Under the pieces are notes generated by a model, which made no database searches, was not told where the DNA came from, and saw only the letters and a list, made by a program, of their open reading frames with translations. Below, piece after piece: positions 28,179 through 37,749 of a DNA stretch of 64,000 nt. How positions within the stretch are numbered: the first letter of the stretch is position 1; each line of letters begins with the position of its first letter. The DNA lies in NCBI GenBank assembly GCA_038231275.1, contig JBBRLQ010000003.1, positions 320,001 through 384,000 of the forward strand, in the 5' to 3' direction. A program made the position numbers and the translations under genes. The stretch is from Polyangiales bacterium. Lineage in GTDB: Bacteria; Myxococcota_A; Polyangia; Polyangiales; Polyangiaceae.

Positions 28179-29465
28179 ATGAGCGACAAACCCGTCTGGC
28201 TCCCCAACCTCGTCGGCGGCGTCTCCATCTGGAAGCTCGCGCCTGATCTCAACGAGGCGAAGTTCATGGACGGGCGGCTGCTCGTCCCCGAGACCGAAGG
28301 GACCGACAGCCTCCCGTCCAAGGTTCGCTGGGACGTCGCCGATCTCGTGCCGCTGAAGGAGGCGCGCGCCGCTCATGCGGCCGATGTCGACGGAGCCATC
28401 CGCGATTTCTTCGCGTGCCTCGAGCTCGTGAAAATAGCGCTCTCGAGCGAGGCGAGCGGGTACGCAAAATACAAGGACGCCTTCACGGTCCCGAGCCTCG
28501 ACGCCGAAGACGGCGCCAGCTACTTCTTTTCGCCGCGCGAGAAGAAGCTCAAGGTGATCAACTGGGGCGCGAGCCCGCGCGCGATCGCCGGGAGCGCGGA
28601 GCTCTTCTTCGGATACCAGGCGTTCGACAAGCTCGCGCGTGAAGCAAGCGCCGCCGCCGCCCTTGGTGGCGCGACCGCGGTCGCCGGGGCACCGTCCGCT
28701 CCGGTCGCGGCAGTGGCTCCGGTCGCGCCCGCGCCTGCCGCTGCGACGGCGGCGAAAGAAGAAGAGGAGAAGAAGAAGGAAGACGAGAAGAAGAAGGAAG
28801 ACGAGAAGAAGAAGGAAGACGAGCAGAAGCGCCCGTGGTGGATCTGGCTCCTCGTCGTCCTCGGCCTCCTCGCCGTCATCCTCCTTGTCCTCTTTCTGTT
28901 GAAGGCGTGCGACAAGCCGCGCGTCATGGACGGCGCCGACGCGCAGACGGACGCGCTCGCCGACGTCACCACGGCCGCGAACGGTGAGGCGGGCTCGGAG
29001 GGCGGGCTCGACGGGACGACCGACGCGCGCGCGGACGCAGGCGCCGACGCCGGCGACGCGAAGAGCGACGCCGCCGACGCCAAGTCCGACGCCGCAGACG
29101 CGAAGGCCGACGCGGCCGACTCCGGCAAAGACGCTGCGGCGAAGGACGCGGGCCGTGGCGGAGGAGGGGGAGGCGGAGGGGGAGGCGGAGGTGGCGGCGG
29201 AGGCGGCGGCGGTCACACGTTCAAGATCATCCCCAAGGGCGGCGGCGCGCCGATCGAGATCGACGGCGATCGCCTCCCGCACCGCACGCACTTCCATCCC
29301 GACGCCGTCAAATGGCGCGTCGAGGCGGGGCGCGAGCTCCTCGTCGACGGTCAGCCTGCCGACGGCACGGGCGACACGTTCGATGTCTTCCTGAAGCCCG
29401 GCGCCTCGTTCGGCGGCATTCGCGTCAGCTGGCAAGACGCCGCAGGGAAGTGGCACCTGCACTGA
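28179..29465 (+). CDS. Single-pass membrane protein, SrfA-like
   Basis: N-domain ending FTVPSLD...YFF...LKVINWG, low-complexity linker, WWIWLLVVLGLLAVILLVLFLLKAC TM, acidic/Gly linker and small C-terminal beta domain. Alternative GTG start at 28170. Confidence 0.6.
   Translation: MSDKPVWLPNLVGGVSIWKLAPDLNEAKFMDGRLLVPETEGTDSLPSKVRWDVADLVPLKEARAAHAADVDGAIRDFFACLELVKIALSSEASGYAKYKDAFTVPSLDAEDGASYFFSPREKKLKVINWGASPRAIAGSAELFFGYQAFDKLAREASAAAALGGATAVAGAPSAPVAAVAPVAPAPAAATAAKEEEEKKKEDEKKKEDEKKKEDEQKRPWWIWLLVVLGLLAVILLVLFLLKACDKPRVMDGADAQTDALADVTTAANGEAGSEGGLDGTTDARADAGADAGDAKSDAADAKSDAADAKADAADSGKDAAAKDAGRGGGGGGGGGGGGGGGGGGGHTFKIIPKGGGAPIEIDGDRLPHRTHFHPDAVKWRVEAGRELLVDGQPADGTGDTFDVFLKPGASFGGIRVSWQDAAGKWHLH
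28771..28823. repeat. 18-bp tandem repeat x3 encoding KKKEDE
   Basis: AAGAAGAAGGAAGACGAG three times in a purine-rich tract. Confidence 0.85.
29157..29213 (+). repeat. Poly-glycine tract (19 Gly codons)
   Basis: GGN x19 with mixed third positions. Confidence 0.9.
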
Positions 29466-29527
29466 CGTCGACGACACGGACGTGACGACCCTCCCAAGGC
29501 GAGCCCGTCTCGCGGGTCGTACGTCCG

Positions 29528-30187
29528 ATGGCCTACCGCGACGAGCTCGAGGCGCTTCGGAGCCGCGAAGAGGCCCTCGTCCGTGAGCTCGAAGAGACGC
29601 GACGCCTCCGCGTGGCGAGCGAGCGGCGCACCCTCCCGGTCCTCGAGCAGCTCCGTGTGGCGAGCCCCTGTCCGTCGAAGTGGGAGGACATGATCGGCGA
29701 CGAGCGGGTCCGCTTCTGCGGATCGTGCGCGAAGAACGTGTACGACCTGTCGGCGATGAGCCGCGCCGAGGCCGAAGACTTCGTCGCGCGGCACTCTCCG
29801 TCGGAACGCGCGGGAAAAGAAGGCGTTTGCGTCACGTTTCGCCGCCGCGCCGATGGCAAGGTGCTGACGGCCGACTGCCCCGTCGGCGTGCGTCGTCGTC
29901 GCTTCGGGATCGGCGTCATCGCGTTCGCCGCCGCCGCCAGCGCCGCGGCGTTCGGCGTGGTCGTAGAAGATCGCGACTCGGGCGTCGCGCGGCCTAGCCT
30001 CGAGCGGCACTGCCCCGCCCACAAGACCGCCGATCACAGGACCGAGAGGAGTGATGAGTCGCCGTCGATCGGCGACGATGGCAACACCGTCACGACGGGG
30101 CTGATCATGGGCGATCCGCCGAAGCCGAGCGGACGCACGACGGGCTGCCTCTGCCAACCCGGCGATCCGCTCTGCAGCTGCCTCTAG
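29528..30187 (+). CDS. Cys-motif membrane protein of unknown function
   Basis: SPCPSKWEDMIGDERVRFCGSCAKNVYDLS, TADCPVG, TM segment, C-terminal CLCQPGDPLCSCL. Confidence 0.75.
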   Translation: MAYRDELEALRSREEALVRELEETRRLRVASERRTLPVLEQLRVASPCPSKWEDMIGDERVRFCGSCAKNVYDLSAMSRAEAEDFVARHSPSERAGKEGVCVTFRRRADGKVLTADCPVGVRRRRFGIGVIAFAAAASAAAFGVVVEDRDSGVARPSLERHCPAHKTADHRTERSDESPSIGDDGNTVTTGLIMGDPPKPSGRTTGCLCQPGDPLCSCL

Positions 30188-32904
30188 GAGAGGGACGGCG
30201 GCGCCAGCTCCGGCGGATCGCCTTCGAGCGGCAGCGTGAAGCGAAAGCGCGCGCCTCCTCCGTCTCGGTTCTCCGCCCAAATCCGACCGCCGTGCGCCTC
30301 GACGACGCCCTTGCAGATCGCGAGCCCGAGCCCCGCACCGCCGGTCTTGCCCTCGCGCGTCAGTCGGAAGAATTTCTCGAACACGCGCGTGAGCTCGTCG
30401 GCGGGCACGCCGGGACCGCGATCGGCGATGTCGACCGTGACGACGCGTTCCTTCCCCTCGCCGCTCGCGCGCGCGACGAGCTCGATAGGGCTCCCCTGCG
30501 GCGTGTACTTCGCTGCGTTCTCGAGGAGGTTGATGAGGACTTGCTCGAGCAGCACCGCGTCGATCGGCACGAGCGGAAGACCGGTGGGGAGATCGACCTT
30601 CACCTCGCGCTGCCCCAGGCGATCCTCCACGCGCCCCAGGGCGGCGCCGACGATCTCCTCGAGTGGCTGCCATTCCTTGGTGACGCGGAGCGCGCCGGAC
30701 GCGAGTCGGGTCATGTCGAGGAGGTTTCGAACGAGCCGCGTGAGGCGGAGCGTCTCCTCGTGGATCGTCTCGAGGAGCTCGCGGCGGGCGTGCGCCGGCA
30801 ACGTACCTTCGTCTTCCAAGAGGCTGCTCGCCGCGCCGGTGACGACGGCGAGTGGCGTCCGCAGATCGTGCGAGACGGAGCTGAGGAGCGAGCTGCGTAG
30901 GCGCTCGGCCTCGATCTCGAGCTGCTTCTTCTGCGCATCGCCCGCGAGCTGCACGCGCTCGATCGCCGCGGCCACCTGGCTCGCGAAGAGCTCGAGCAAC
31001 CTGCGCTGCTCCGGATCGACGAAGCGCCGCGGATCCGTCGGCTGCATCCCGAGCACGCCCACCTTCCCCTGCGGTCCGCGGAGGGGGAGCGCCAGCGCGT
31101 CCGCGCTCGGCAACGTGTCGGTGGCGAGCCCCGCCGCCTGCTCGTGCTCCCACACCCACGCGACCACGCCCGCGACCTTTTCGTCGGGAACGAACGACCA
31201 CGGATCTTCGAAGGTCGATTTTGGCGTGCCGTCGGGCCCCGGCAAGAGGATGGCGACGCGGCTGTCGAAGATGTCGTGGAGGTGACGCGTCGCAGCGGCG
31301 ACGAGAGGCTCCATCGAACGTGCGATCGCCAGATCGCGGGTCATCGCATAGAGGATCGCCGTTCGCTGCTCGCGTTGCCGTGCGGCGTCGGCCTGCTCGC
31401 GAATCCGCTTGGCCAGCCCGCTGATCACGAGCGCGACGACGAACATGACGCCGAACATCACGACGTGGCGGAAATCGGTGACCGCGAAGCTGAAGTACGG
31501 CGGCACGAAGAAGAAATCGACGGTGAGGACGCTCAGGACCGTGGCCAAGAGCGACGCGGCGTATCCGAAGCGCATCGCGACGAGCACGACCGCGAGGAGG
31601 TGGACCATGACGATGTCCGGGAGCTGCGACTGCCCGAACAGCAGCCAGCTCGCGAGGACCGCGCACGCCACCATCGCCGCGCTCGCGAAGTAGGGCACCG
31701 CCGACGTTCGCGAAGAGCTCGTCGTGTCCGCGCGCGTGCGGGCGGCCGCGCCGTCGCCGTCCGCGTCCGACTCACCGGAAATGACATAGACGTCGATCCC
31801 CTCGCTGGCGCGGACGATCTGGTCGAGGAACGACGCGCGCAAGATCTCCCGCCACCGCGGGTAGGTCGGACGGCCGACGACGATCTTGGTGACGTTGCGC
31901 GAGCGCGCATAGCGCAGCGTCTCTTCTGCGGCGTTGGCCCCGCTGAGCGTCACGACCTCCGCGCCGAGCTGCTCGGCAAAGCGAAGGTTGGTCGCGACGC
32001 GCGCGCGATCCGCGCCTGGCAGCCGGAGCGCGGCGGGCGTCTCGATGTACGCCGCGATCCACTCCGCACGAAGCTCCGTCGCCATGCGCCGCGCCGCGCG
32101 AGCGAGGCGAATCGAGGAGGGGCTCGGGCTCAGGCACACGAGCAGCCGCTCTGCGACCGGCCACGCGCGATCGATGCCGTGCGCGCGCTGGTATACGCGC
32201 ATCTGCTCGTCGACGCGCGCCGCCGTACGACGCAAAGCCAGCTCGCGAAGCGCGATGAGGTTCCCCTTCTGGAAGAAGTGATCGATCGCGCGCCGCGCCT
32301 GCTCGGGCAGATACACCTTGCCGTCCGCGAGGCGCTCGAGCAGCTCGTCCGGCGGCAGATCGATGATGCGCACGTCGTCGGCGGCCTCGAGCACCGAGTC
32401 CGGCACCGTCTCCCGCACGACGACGCCGGTGATCTGCGCGACGACGTCGTTCAGGCTCTCGAGGTGCTGGACGTTGAGCGTCGTGTAGACGTCGATGCCG
32501 GCGCCCAAGATCTCCTCGACGTCCTGCCATCGCTTGGGATGGCGCGAGCCCTCGACGTTGGCGTGCGCGAGCTCGTCGATCAGTACGATCCCCGGCTTTC
32601 GCGCGAGTATGGCGTCGGTGTCGAGCTCCTCGAGCGGCACGCCCTTGTGGTCGATCTTCTTCTTCGGCAGCAGATCGAGGCCGATGCAGAGCGCGGCGGT
32701 GTCGTAGCGGCCGTGCGTCTCCACGACGCCGATCACCACGTCGCGCTTCAAATCGCGCTCCGATCGCGCCGCCTCGAGCATCGCGTACGTCTTCCCGACG
32801 CCCGGCGCGGCGCCGAAGAAGACGGTCAGCTTGCCGCGCTTGGCCCGCGACGCCTCGGCCTGCACACGGCGCAGGAGCTCGTCGGGATCCGGACGCGCGA
32901 CCAT
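30184..32904 (-). CDS. kdpD: K+-sensing histidine kinase KdpD
   Basis: FFGAAPGVGKTYAML, DELAH, NVQHLESLND, Usp domain, 4 TMs, GAF, SSVSHDLRTPL, HATPase GAGLGLAIC. Confidence 0.96.
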   Translation of the reverse strand: MVARPDPDELLRRVQAEASRAKRGKLTVFFGAAPGVGKTYAMLEAARSERDLKRDVVIGVVETHGRYDTAALCIGLDLLPKKKIDHKGVPLEELDTDAILARKPGIVLIDELAHANVEGSRHPKRWQDVEEILGAGIDVYTTLNVQHLESLNDVVAQITGVVVRETVPDSVLEAADDVRIIDLPPDELLERLADGKVYLPEQARRAIDHFFQKGNLIALRELALRRTAARVDEQMRVYQRAHGIDRAWPVAERLLVCLSPSPSSIRLARAARRMATELRAEWIAAYIETPAALRLPGADRARVATNLRFAEQLGAEVVTLSGANAAEETLRYARSRNVTKIVVGRPTYPRWREILRASFLDQIVRASEGIDVYVISGESDADGDGAAARTRADTTSSSRTSAVPYFASAAMVACAVLASWLLFGQSQLPDIVMVHLLAVVLVAMRFGYAASLLATVLSVLTVDFFFVPPYFSFAVTDFRHVVMFGVMFVVALVISGLAKRIREQADAARQREQRTAILYAMTRDLAIARSMEPLVAAATRHLHDIFDSRVAILLPGPDGTPKSTFEDPWSFVPDEKVAGVVAWVWEHEQAAGLATDTLPSADALALPLRGPQGKVGVLGMQPTDPRRFVDPEQRRLLELFASQVAAAIERVQLAGDAQKKQLEIEAERLRSSLLSSVSHDLRTPLAVVTGAASSLLEDEGTLPAHARRELLETIHEETLRLTRLVRNLLDMTRLASGALRVTKEWQPLEEIVGAALGRVEDRLGQREVKVDLPTGLPLVPIDAVLLEQVLINLLENAAKYTPQGSPIELVARASGEGKERVVTVDIADRGPGVPADELTRVFEKFFRLTREGKTGGAGLGLAICKGVVEAHGGRIWAENRDGGGARFRFTLPLEGDPPELAPPSLS

Positions 32905-32951
32905 CGACGGACTTATAGCAGGCCGACGATCGCGCCGCGCCGCGCGCTCCG

Positions 32952-33404
32952 TCAGCGGGAGGTTTGTGTCAAGGCGCGCGCGCGCCGCAACGCTTCACGC
33001 GCAGACTCGGGGCTGGCGGCGCGCACGTCGATCACGACAGTCGTGCCTGCGGTGCGCTCGTCCATCTGGAGGCGGCCGATCTCGGGTGGGCAGACCTCGC
33101 CGTCCGCGCACGGGACGCGGCGCGTGAGGTGGCACTCGAGGACATGCCAGATCGACGCCGGCGACACGCCGTCGATCTGGCGCACGTACACGGTCGCCCC
33201 TTCCAGCCTCGGCGGCTCCTTCTGCGAGACCTCGATCTTGAGCGGCTCTACGCGAACAATCGCGTCCTTGAAGCCGAGCGGTCCCCCGGCGCTTGCGTCC
33301 TCCCAGACGTCGGCGCACGCGGTCACATCGGCGCGGCCCGGGGTCGTCGCCGGCCGATCGCACGCGGCGATCGCGCACCACGCGATGGACGAGGCGACGG
33401 CCAC
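32952..33404 (-). CDS. Hypothetical lipoprotein (paralog of 33429..33959)
   Basis: AIAAC lipobox-like; shares VEP..L.GA..G....I...L.CH..L.RAR with the divergent neighbour. Start uncertain. Confidence 0.6.
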   Translation of the reverse strand: MAVASSIAWCAIAACDRPATTPGRADVTACADVWEDASAGGPLGFKDAIVRVEPLKIEVSQKEPPRLEGATVYVRQIDGVSPASIWHVLECHLTRRVPCADGEVCPPEIGRLQMDERTAGTTVVIDVRAASPESAREALRRARALTQTSR

Positions 33405-33428
33405 GACGCGGCTTGCTAGGGTGATTGC

Positions 33429-33959
33429 ATGGATCGCGGACGTCGAGCCCACGGCCTTCCGTCGATCGCGCGCGTCGCCCCTTGCGCGATTCTCGCCGCG
33501 TGCGCCGCGTGCGCCGCCTTCGTCCCCGACAGTCGAACACCGACCGATCGCGCGCGCGAGCTGGACGCGAAGTGCGTCGGCGCCAGCGAGGCCGACGTCG
33601 CGCCGCTCCTCTCCGCCGCCAACGTCGACTCCGTCGAGCCCGCGTACTCCTACGTGAGCGGCGGTCCCAACGGCCGCGACGCGCACCTCCGCGGCGCGCG
33701 CATCCGCGTGAAGCCCCTCCCCGGCGCCACCCGCGAGTCGATCTCGCGGAGCCTCCAGTGCCACCAAGCGCGGGTCGTCACCGGCGCCGTCACCGCGGCC
33801 GCCGCCGATCCCTACACGCTCCCCGCCCGCTGGCTCACGATCGAGGTCGAGTCCGAGTCCGACGCGTTCGCGGTCCTCGCCCTTACCGACGATCTCGCCG
33901 ATGCGCGTCGCGTCCTCGAGCGTGCGCGGTTCTTCGCGGGGCATCGCCGGTCACCCTGA
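33429..33959 (+). CDS. Hypothetical lipoprotein/secreted protein
   Basis: LAACAAC signal, GC3 bias, motif shared with 32952..33404. Confidence 0.7.
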   Translation: MDRGRRAHGLPSIARVAPCAILAACAACAAFVPDSRTPTDRARELDAKCVGASEADVAPLLSAANVDSVEPAYSYVSGGPNGRDAHLRGARIRVKPLPGATRESISRSLQCHQARVVTGAVTAAAADPYTLPARWLTIEVESESDAFAVLALTDDLADARRVLERARFFAGHRRSP

Positions 33960-34238
33960 GCCGCCGGCGTCGGCCGGGCCGTCGGGCAGCCCTGCATCGA
34001 CCGCGGGGCATCCGGCGCCGTTGCAATAGGGGTTGCCGCTCTTCGTCGGATCGGAGGGGCAGCAGTAATTCTCGGCGCACGTCGAGGGCTGCTGGCAAGT
34101 GAGCCCCTCGTCGCAGTCGTTGTGGCTGAGCGCGGGATTGCACCGCTCTCCTTCGCGACCTCCATCGCACCCGCTCTCGGCGAGAACGAGCGCGAGCGCG
34201 ACGGAGACCAGCGATACGGCGATGTTCGTTCGGTTCAT
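33951..34238 (-). CDS. Small Cys-rich lipoprotein
   Basis: Signal ending ESGC, 8 further Cys, DAG-rich tail; starts 8 nt after the porin stop. Confidence 0.75.
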   Translation of the reverse strand: MNRTNIAVSLVSVALALVLAESGCDGGREGERCNPALSHNDCDEGLTCQQPSTCAENYCCPSDPTKSGNPYCNGAGCPAVDAGLPDGPADAGGSG

Positions 34239-34246
34239 GGGGGGCC

Positions 34247-35707
34247 TCAAAACCGCACCAAAAGGGACGCGATCATGCGCGTGTCGGACTTCACGAGGTC
34301 CGGGCGCCAGCCTGTCGGCGACGTCGTCGTCGTGTACCCGTCGGGCGACGTGACGCCGCCGTGGCCCGCAAAATACGGATCGGCCGATTGCCGGCGGTTG
34401 AATTCCAGGCCGTAGGTGACCTGCTCGCTCGGCATGTATTGAAACCCCGTCGAGTAGTCGAACGCGTCGAACGTGGTGCCCTGGTTGAGCGGGAACGGCG
34501 ACGTCGCCGCCGGGACGTTGACCGGTTGCCCGATGCCCGACGGCGTGGCGTTGCCGGTCGGCCCGAGCACGAGATAGCGCCCGGGGTTGTGCATCACCCC
34601 GCCGCCCATCGTCCACGCGAAGTGCCCCTCGAAGAACGAGAGGCGGTTATAGAGCATCGCGCTCAAGAACTGCTGCTGGCACGGATCGGCCGTCGTGCAC
34701 GTCGTCGGATCGGACGAATGCTTGCCGCCGAAGGGCGTTACGCCGTCCCCGTTTTCACCGCCGATGTCCGCCGTGAGCGAGAACGCGGCGCGATGCAAGA
34801 GCTTGTTGTCGGGCGCGCTGAAGTACCGAATCTGCAGACTGTTGTCGCTGTGGAAGCGCATGCGACCGGGGGTGTCCTGCGTGTCCCACCCGACGTAGTC
34901 GTTCGACAGGAACGAGAGCCACTCCACGGGCCGATAGAGGATCTGCGCGCCGAAGCCCGGCATCTCGTTGAACCTGCCGTACGTCTGCCATCCGTTGATG
35001 AGCCACGGCTCGATCTTGAGCTTGTCGCTCGTGAAGACCTGCATGCGGATGCCGTTGAAGAACCACGGCGTGTTGTCCGAGGTGAACGACGGCAGGTACA
35101 TCCAGTTCTCGAAGTTGTCGTACGAAAAGAGGCCGACGTACGACATGAAGATGCCGGCATCGAGGTTGATGCCGTTCAGCGCGTCGAAGTGGTAGCCGCC
35201 GTAGGCCTCGCTGATGTAGCGGAGCGCCGTCTGCAAATCGAACTGGCCACGGTTGGTGCTGAAGTCGTTGCGCGGGACGAGCGTGGAGCGGACGCCGAAC
35301 TGCGTCATGAGGCGCGCGCGCGCGTGCTCGTAGTGGAAGTCGCCGCCGAAGCCGACGAAGGCGAGCGTGATCTCGTTGTTGCGCGAGAGCGCGGTCGAGC
35401 CGACGACGGTGTTGTCGATGGGGCGATTCGTCGACGCCGTGTAGTTTACGTCCAGGAGGAAATCGGCCGTAAAATACGGCGTGTCGAGCACTTTCTTGTG
35501 CTGCCGACTGCTCCCGTTCAGCCAGGTGAAGTCGCCGAACGCGAACGGCTCGGCGGGCTTCTCCTCTGTCGGCGCCGGAGTCGGAGTCGGAGTCGGAGTC
35601 GGCGTCGGATCCTCGGCGGGCTCCTGCGCGTGTGCGGGATGGACGGTGGTGAGGGCGCACGCAAGGGCGGCCGAGCGGAGGCGCCGGCCGCGAAGGCGAA
35701 CGGGCAT
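34247..35707 (-). CDS. Outer-membrane beta-barrel porin
   Basis: Signal peptide (AHA-Q), PT-repeat linker, amphipathic beta strands, SEAYGGY, DAGIFMSYVG, C-terminal Phe (LLVRF). Confidence 0.8.
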   Translation of the reverse strand: MPVRLRGRRLRSAALACALTTVHPAHAQEPAEDPTPTPTPTPTPAPTEEKPAEPFAFGDFTWLNGSSRQHKKVLDTPYFTADFLLDVNYTASTNRPIDNTVVGSTALSRNNEITLAFVGFGGDFHYEHARARLMTQFGVRSTLVPRNDFSTNRGQFDLQTALRYISEAYGGYHFDALNGINLDAGIFMSYVGLFSYDNFENWMYLPSFTSDNTPWFFNGIRMQVFTSDKLKIEPWLINGWQTYGRFNEMPGFGAQILYRPVEWLSFLSNDYVGWDTQDTPGRMRFHSDNSLQIRYFSAPDNKLLHRAAFSLTADIGGENGDGVTPFGGKHSSDPTTCTTADPCQQQFLSAMLYNRLSFFEGHFAWTMGGGVMHNPGRYLVLGPTGNATPSGIGQPVNVPAATSPFPLNQGTTFDAFDYSTGFQYMPSEQVTYGLEFNRRQSADPYFAGHGGVTSPDGYTTTTSPTGWRPDLVKSDTRMIASLLVRF

Positions 35708-35713
35708 CCTCGA

Positions 35714-35746
35714 AGGCTACGGACGGGCGCGTAAAGACAGCGTCAA
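35714..35746 (-). promoter_or_regulatory. KdpE-type direct-repeat box plus -10 element for the porin gene
   Basis: Minus strand TTGACG-CTGTC-TTTACG, then 10 nt, TAGCCT, 6 nt, ATG. Confidence 0.65.
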
Positions 35747-35813
35747 GACGGGCCGCGTAACCGCTAAGAAAGAGTTAATGCCGCAGGCCGGACGCACTAT
35801 GCTCGGCACCATC

Positions 35814-36191
35814 ATGAGGGGAAACACAAACGCCGATCTCATGGGCTTGTCGCTGGAGGAGCTCGTCTCGGAGCTCGAAGCGTTCTACGAGCTCTCCACC
35901 GACATGGTGTCCGTCTCCTCCGCCGACGGCCGCTTCCGCCGCGTCAACCGCGCATGGGAAAAGGCCATCGGCCACCCCGCCGGCGAGATCGCCGGCAAGC
36001 GCTGGCTCGACTTCGTGCACCCCGACGACGTGCAGAAGACGATCGACGCGGCGCGCAGCTTGTCGGCGTCGGATCTGGCGGAGTTCCAGAACCGCTACAA
36101 GCACCAGGACGGCCACTGGGTCACGCTCTCGTGGCGGTCGACGGCGTGGTCGGGCGGGCTCACCTACGCGATCACCCGTGTCGTCGGCTGA
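35814..36191 (+). CDS. Stand-alone PAS domain protein
   Basis: FYELSTDM...DGRFRRVNRAW...G..WLDFVHPDD...NRYKHQDGHWVTLSW. Start could be 35778, 35814 or 35841. Confidence 0.85.
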   Translation: MRGNTNADLMGLSLEELVSELEAFYELSTDMVSVSSADGRFRRVNRAWEKAIGHPAGEIAGKRWLDFVHPDDVQKTIDAARSLSASDLAEFQNRYKHQDGHWVTLSWRSTAWSGGLTYAITRVVG

Positions 36192-36236
36192 TCCAATTTC
36201 CCGGTAGTCGCAACCATTCCGCGTCATCATGACGCG

Positions 36237-37493
36237 ATGGACGCCGTCGGCACAGATCCGATCGCAGGGCTTGCGCTCGGGCTGACGGTCATCCTGGTCG
36301 CCGCCAAGACGGCGGGGCACGTCGCGATTCGCGTCGGCGCGCCGGCGGTGCTCGGAGAGCTCCTCGTCGGGATCGCGCTCGCCGCAGTTCCGGGCGTCCC
36401 GTTCCTGCACGCGATCGGACAGAGCCCCGAGATCGACACGCTCTCGCGCCTCGGCGCGCTGCTGCTGGTCTTCGAGGTGGGCCTCGTGCTCACGGTGCGT
36501 GAAATTCTGGACGTCGGCGTGTCGTCGATCCTCGTCGCGGTAGTGGGCACGGCCGCTACGTTCGTCCTCGGATGGTCTTTGAGCGCGTGGCTCTTGAGCG
36601 GCCAGCCAAGCCACGTGCCCGTCTTCGTCGGCGCGGCGGTCACCGCCACGAGCATCGGCATCACGGCGCGCGTGCTCAAGGATCTGGGGCAGGCGCCAAC
36701 GCGTGAGGCGCGGATCGTCCTCGGCGCCGCGGTGCTCGACGACATCATCGGGCTTGTCGTGCTCACCGTCGTCAGTGGCTGGATCGCGAGCAAGACCGTC
36801 GGCGCGGCGGCGAGCGCGCCCTCGGTGGCCGTCGTCGTCGGCAAGAGCGTGGCGTTTCTTGGCCTGTCGATCGTGCTTGGAATGCGCCTCGCGCCGCGTC
36901 TCTTCGAGTGGGCCGCGCGTCTGCGGAGCGACGGCGCGCTCGTCGCGGTGGGCCTGGCGTTCTGCTTCGGCCTCTCGTGGGCGGCGAGCGTGATGGGCCT
37001 CGCCGCGATCATCGGCGCGTTCGCCGCGGGGCTGATCGTCGAGGAGTCGCACTCGCAGCGCTTCGTCGCGCGCGGCGAGCGCACGCTGGCGGTGCTCATC
37101 GAGCCGATCGCGTCGTTCCTCGTGCCGGTCTTCTTCGTCGTGATGGGGATGCGCACGCGCCTCGAGGTCTTTCGACAGCCCGCGGTGCTCGTCTTCGCGC
37201 TCGGGCTCACGCTCGCCGCCATCCTCGGAAAGCTCGGCGCCGGCCTGTCGGTGGGCAAGCGCGCGGACGGCCTCTCCATCGGCATCGGGATGATCCCGCG
37301 CGGCGAGGTGAGCCTCGTCTTCGCGAGCCTGGGGCTTTCGCTCGGCGCGATCGACTCCAGCATCTACTCGTCGCTCGTCGTCGTCGTGATCCTGACCACG
37401 CTCGTGACGCCCGCCATGCTCAAGTGGAGCCTCCGGCGCCGCCGCGACGCCGAGCTCTCCCGCGCGCCTACCTCACCGGGAAACGCAGCGTGA
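36237..37493 (+). CDS. Cation:proton antiporter (CPA2, NapA-like)
   Basis: PAVLGELLVG, ATSIGITARVLKDLG, AAVLDD, GAFAAG, PVFFV, GMIPRGEV. Confidence 0.92.
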   Translation: MDAVGTDPIAGLALGLTVILVAAKTAGHVAIRVGAPAVLGELLVGIALAAVPGVPFLHAIGQSPEIDTLSRLGALLLVFEVGLVLTVREILDVGVSSILVAVVGTAATFVLGWSLSAWLLSGQPSHVPVFVGAAVTATSIGITARVLKDLGQAPTREARIVLGAAVLDDIIGLVVLTVVSGWIASKTVGAAASAPSVAVVVGKSVAFLGLSIVLGMRLAPRLFEWAARLRSDGALVAVGLAFCFGLSWAASVMGLAAIIGAFAAGLIVEESHSQRFVARGERTLAVLIEPIASFLVPVFFVVMGMRTRLEVFRQPAVLVFALGLTLAAILGKLGAGLSVGKRADGLSIGIGMIPRGEVSLVFASLGLSLGAIDSSIYSSLVVVVILTTLVTPAMLKWSLRRRRDAELSRAPTSPGNAA

Positions 37494-37514
37494 CGGTGGT
37501 CGCGTGCTTCCCCT

Positions 37515-37682
37515 TTAGCGCATCCGAACGCGCCCTCGTGCGAGCGCACACGGCAAGAATACCAGCGCCATCGTCGCCAGCGTGTCGATCGCGCCGAAAG
37601 TCTGCCCACCGGACAGCGCCGTGAGGAGGTGAATGAAGCTCACGACCCACAAGACCGTGAACGGCATCACGAGATCGCGCAT
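37515..37682 (-). CDS. Putative small membrane protein (55 aa; 75 aa if GTG 37742 is used)
   Basis: Two hydrophobic segments and a basic tail; lies directly downstream of a KdpE-type box with a -10 element. Confidence 0.45.
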   Translation of the reverse strand: MRDLVMPFTVLWVVSFIHLLTALSGGQTFGAIDTLATMALVFLPCALARGRVRMR

Positions 37683-37749
37683 CCCGCCGCCGGAGCGTCG
37701 TCCGGAAGATTCAGGGGGGCTGGCGCTTCGACAATGTCCCACGCGTTGA

